From Squalus acanthias (Eukaryota): a stretch of 64,000 nt of DNA. The stretch covers positions 138,384,001 to 138,448,000 of the forward strand of contig CM059429.1 in NCBI GenBank assembly GCA_030390025.1, in the 5' to 3' direction. Numbering within the stretch: the stretch's first letter is position 1; each line of letters opens with the position of its first letter. Made by a program: the position numbers and the translations under genes. Shown piece after piece: positions 63,978-64,000 of this stretch. The notes under the pieces are model-generated. The model was not told the origin of the DNA and ran no database searches. It was given only the letters and a program-made list of their open reading frames with translations.

Positions 63978-64000
63978 CTAAGACAAGGAGCCAGAGTTTG
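63978..64000 (-). CDS. IgSF copy 2 leader exon (3' part; runs off the window)
   Basis: ..KLWLLVL-G|GTAAGC, identical to the copy 1 leader end. Confidence 0.8.

Larger units (their letters stand above)
61696..64000. repeat. Segmental duplication unit B
   Basis: Direct copy of 56001-58530, starting inside an L2 fragment. Confidence 0.95.

Overview
Vertebrate genomic DNA, almost certainly a shark or other cartilaginous fish, judging by HE1/V-SINE- and Deu-SINE-type elements and abundant CR1/L2 LINEs. Most of the window is one complete, intact 23-exon TTF2 gene (SNF2-family transcription termination factor 2; + strand, CDS 6123-50722, 3645 nt spliced, 1214 aa, all GT-AG introns, CpG-island promoter). 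Tail-to-tail with it on the - strand is a non-rearranging antigen-receptor-like IgSF gene: leader, germline-joined VJ exon, C1-set exon and a TM exon with an Arg and a TCR-alpha/delta-like motif (53600-58556, 260 aa). A very recent (~99% identical) partial duplicate follows (C1, VJ and part of the leader; 62297 to the window end). It has no TM exon of its own and its breakpoint lies in an apparently chimeric L2 LINE. Introns and intergenic DNA also hold two families of short palindromic Penelope-type insertions carrying minimal hammerhead ribozyme motifs, Harbinger-like DNA transposon remnants with a Myb/SANT ORF, and solo LTRs. All family names come from motif recognition, not database searches.
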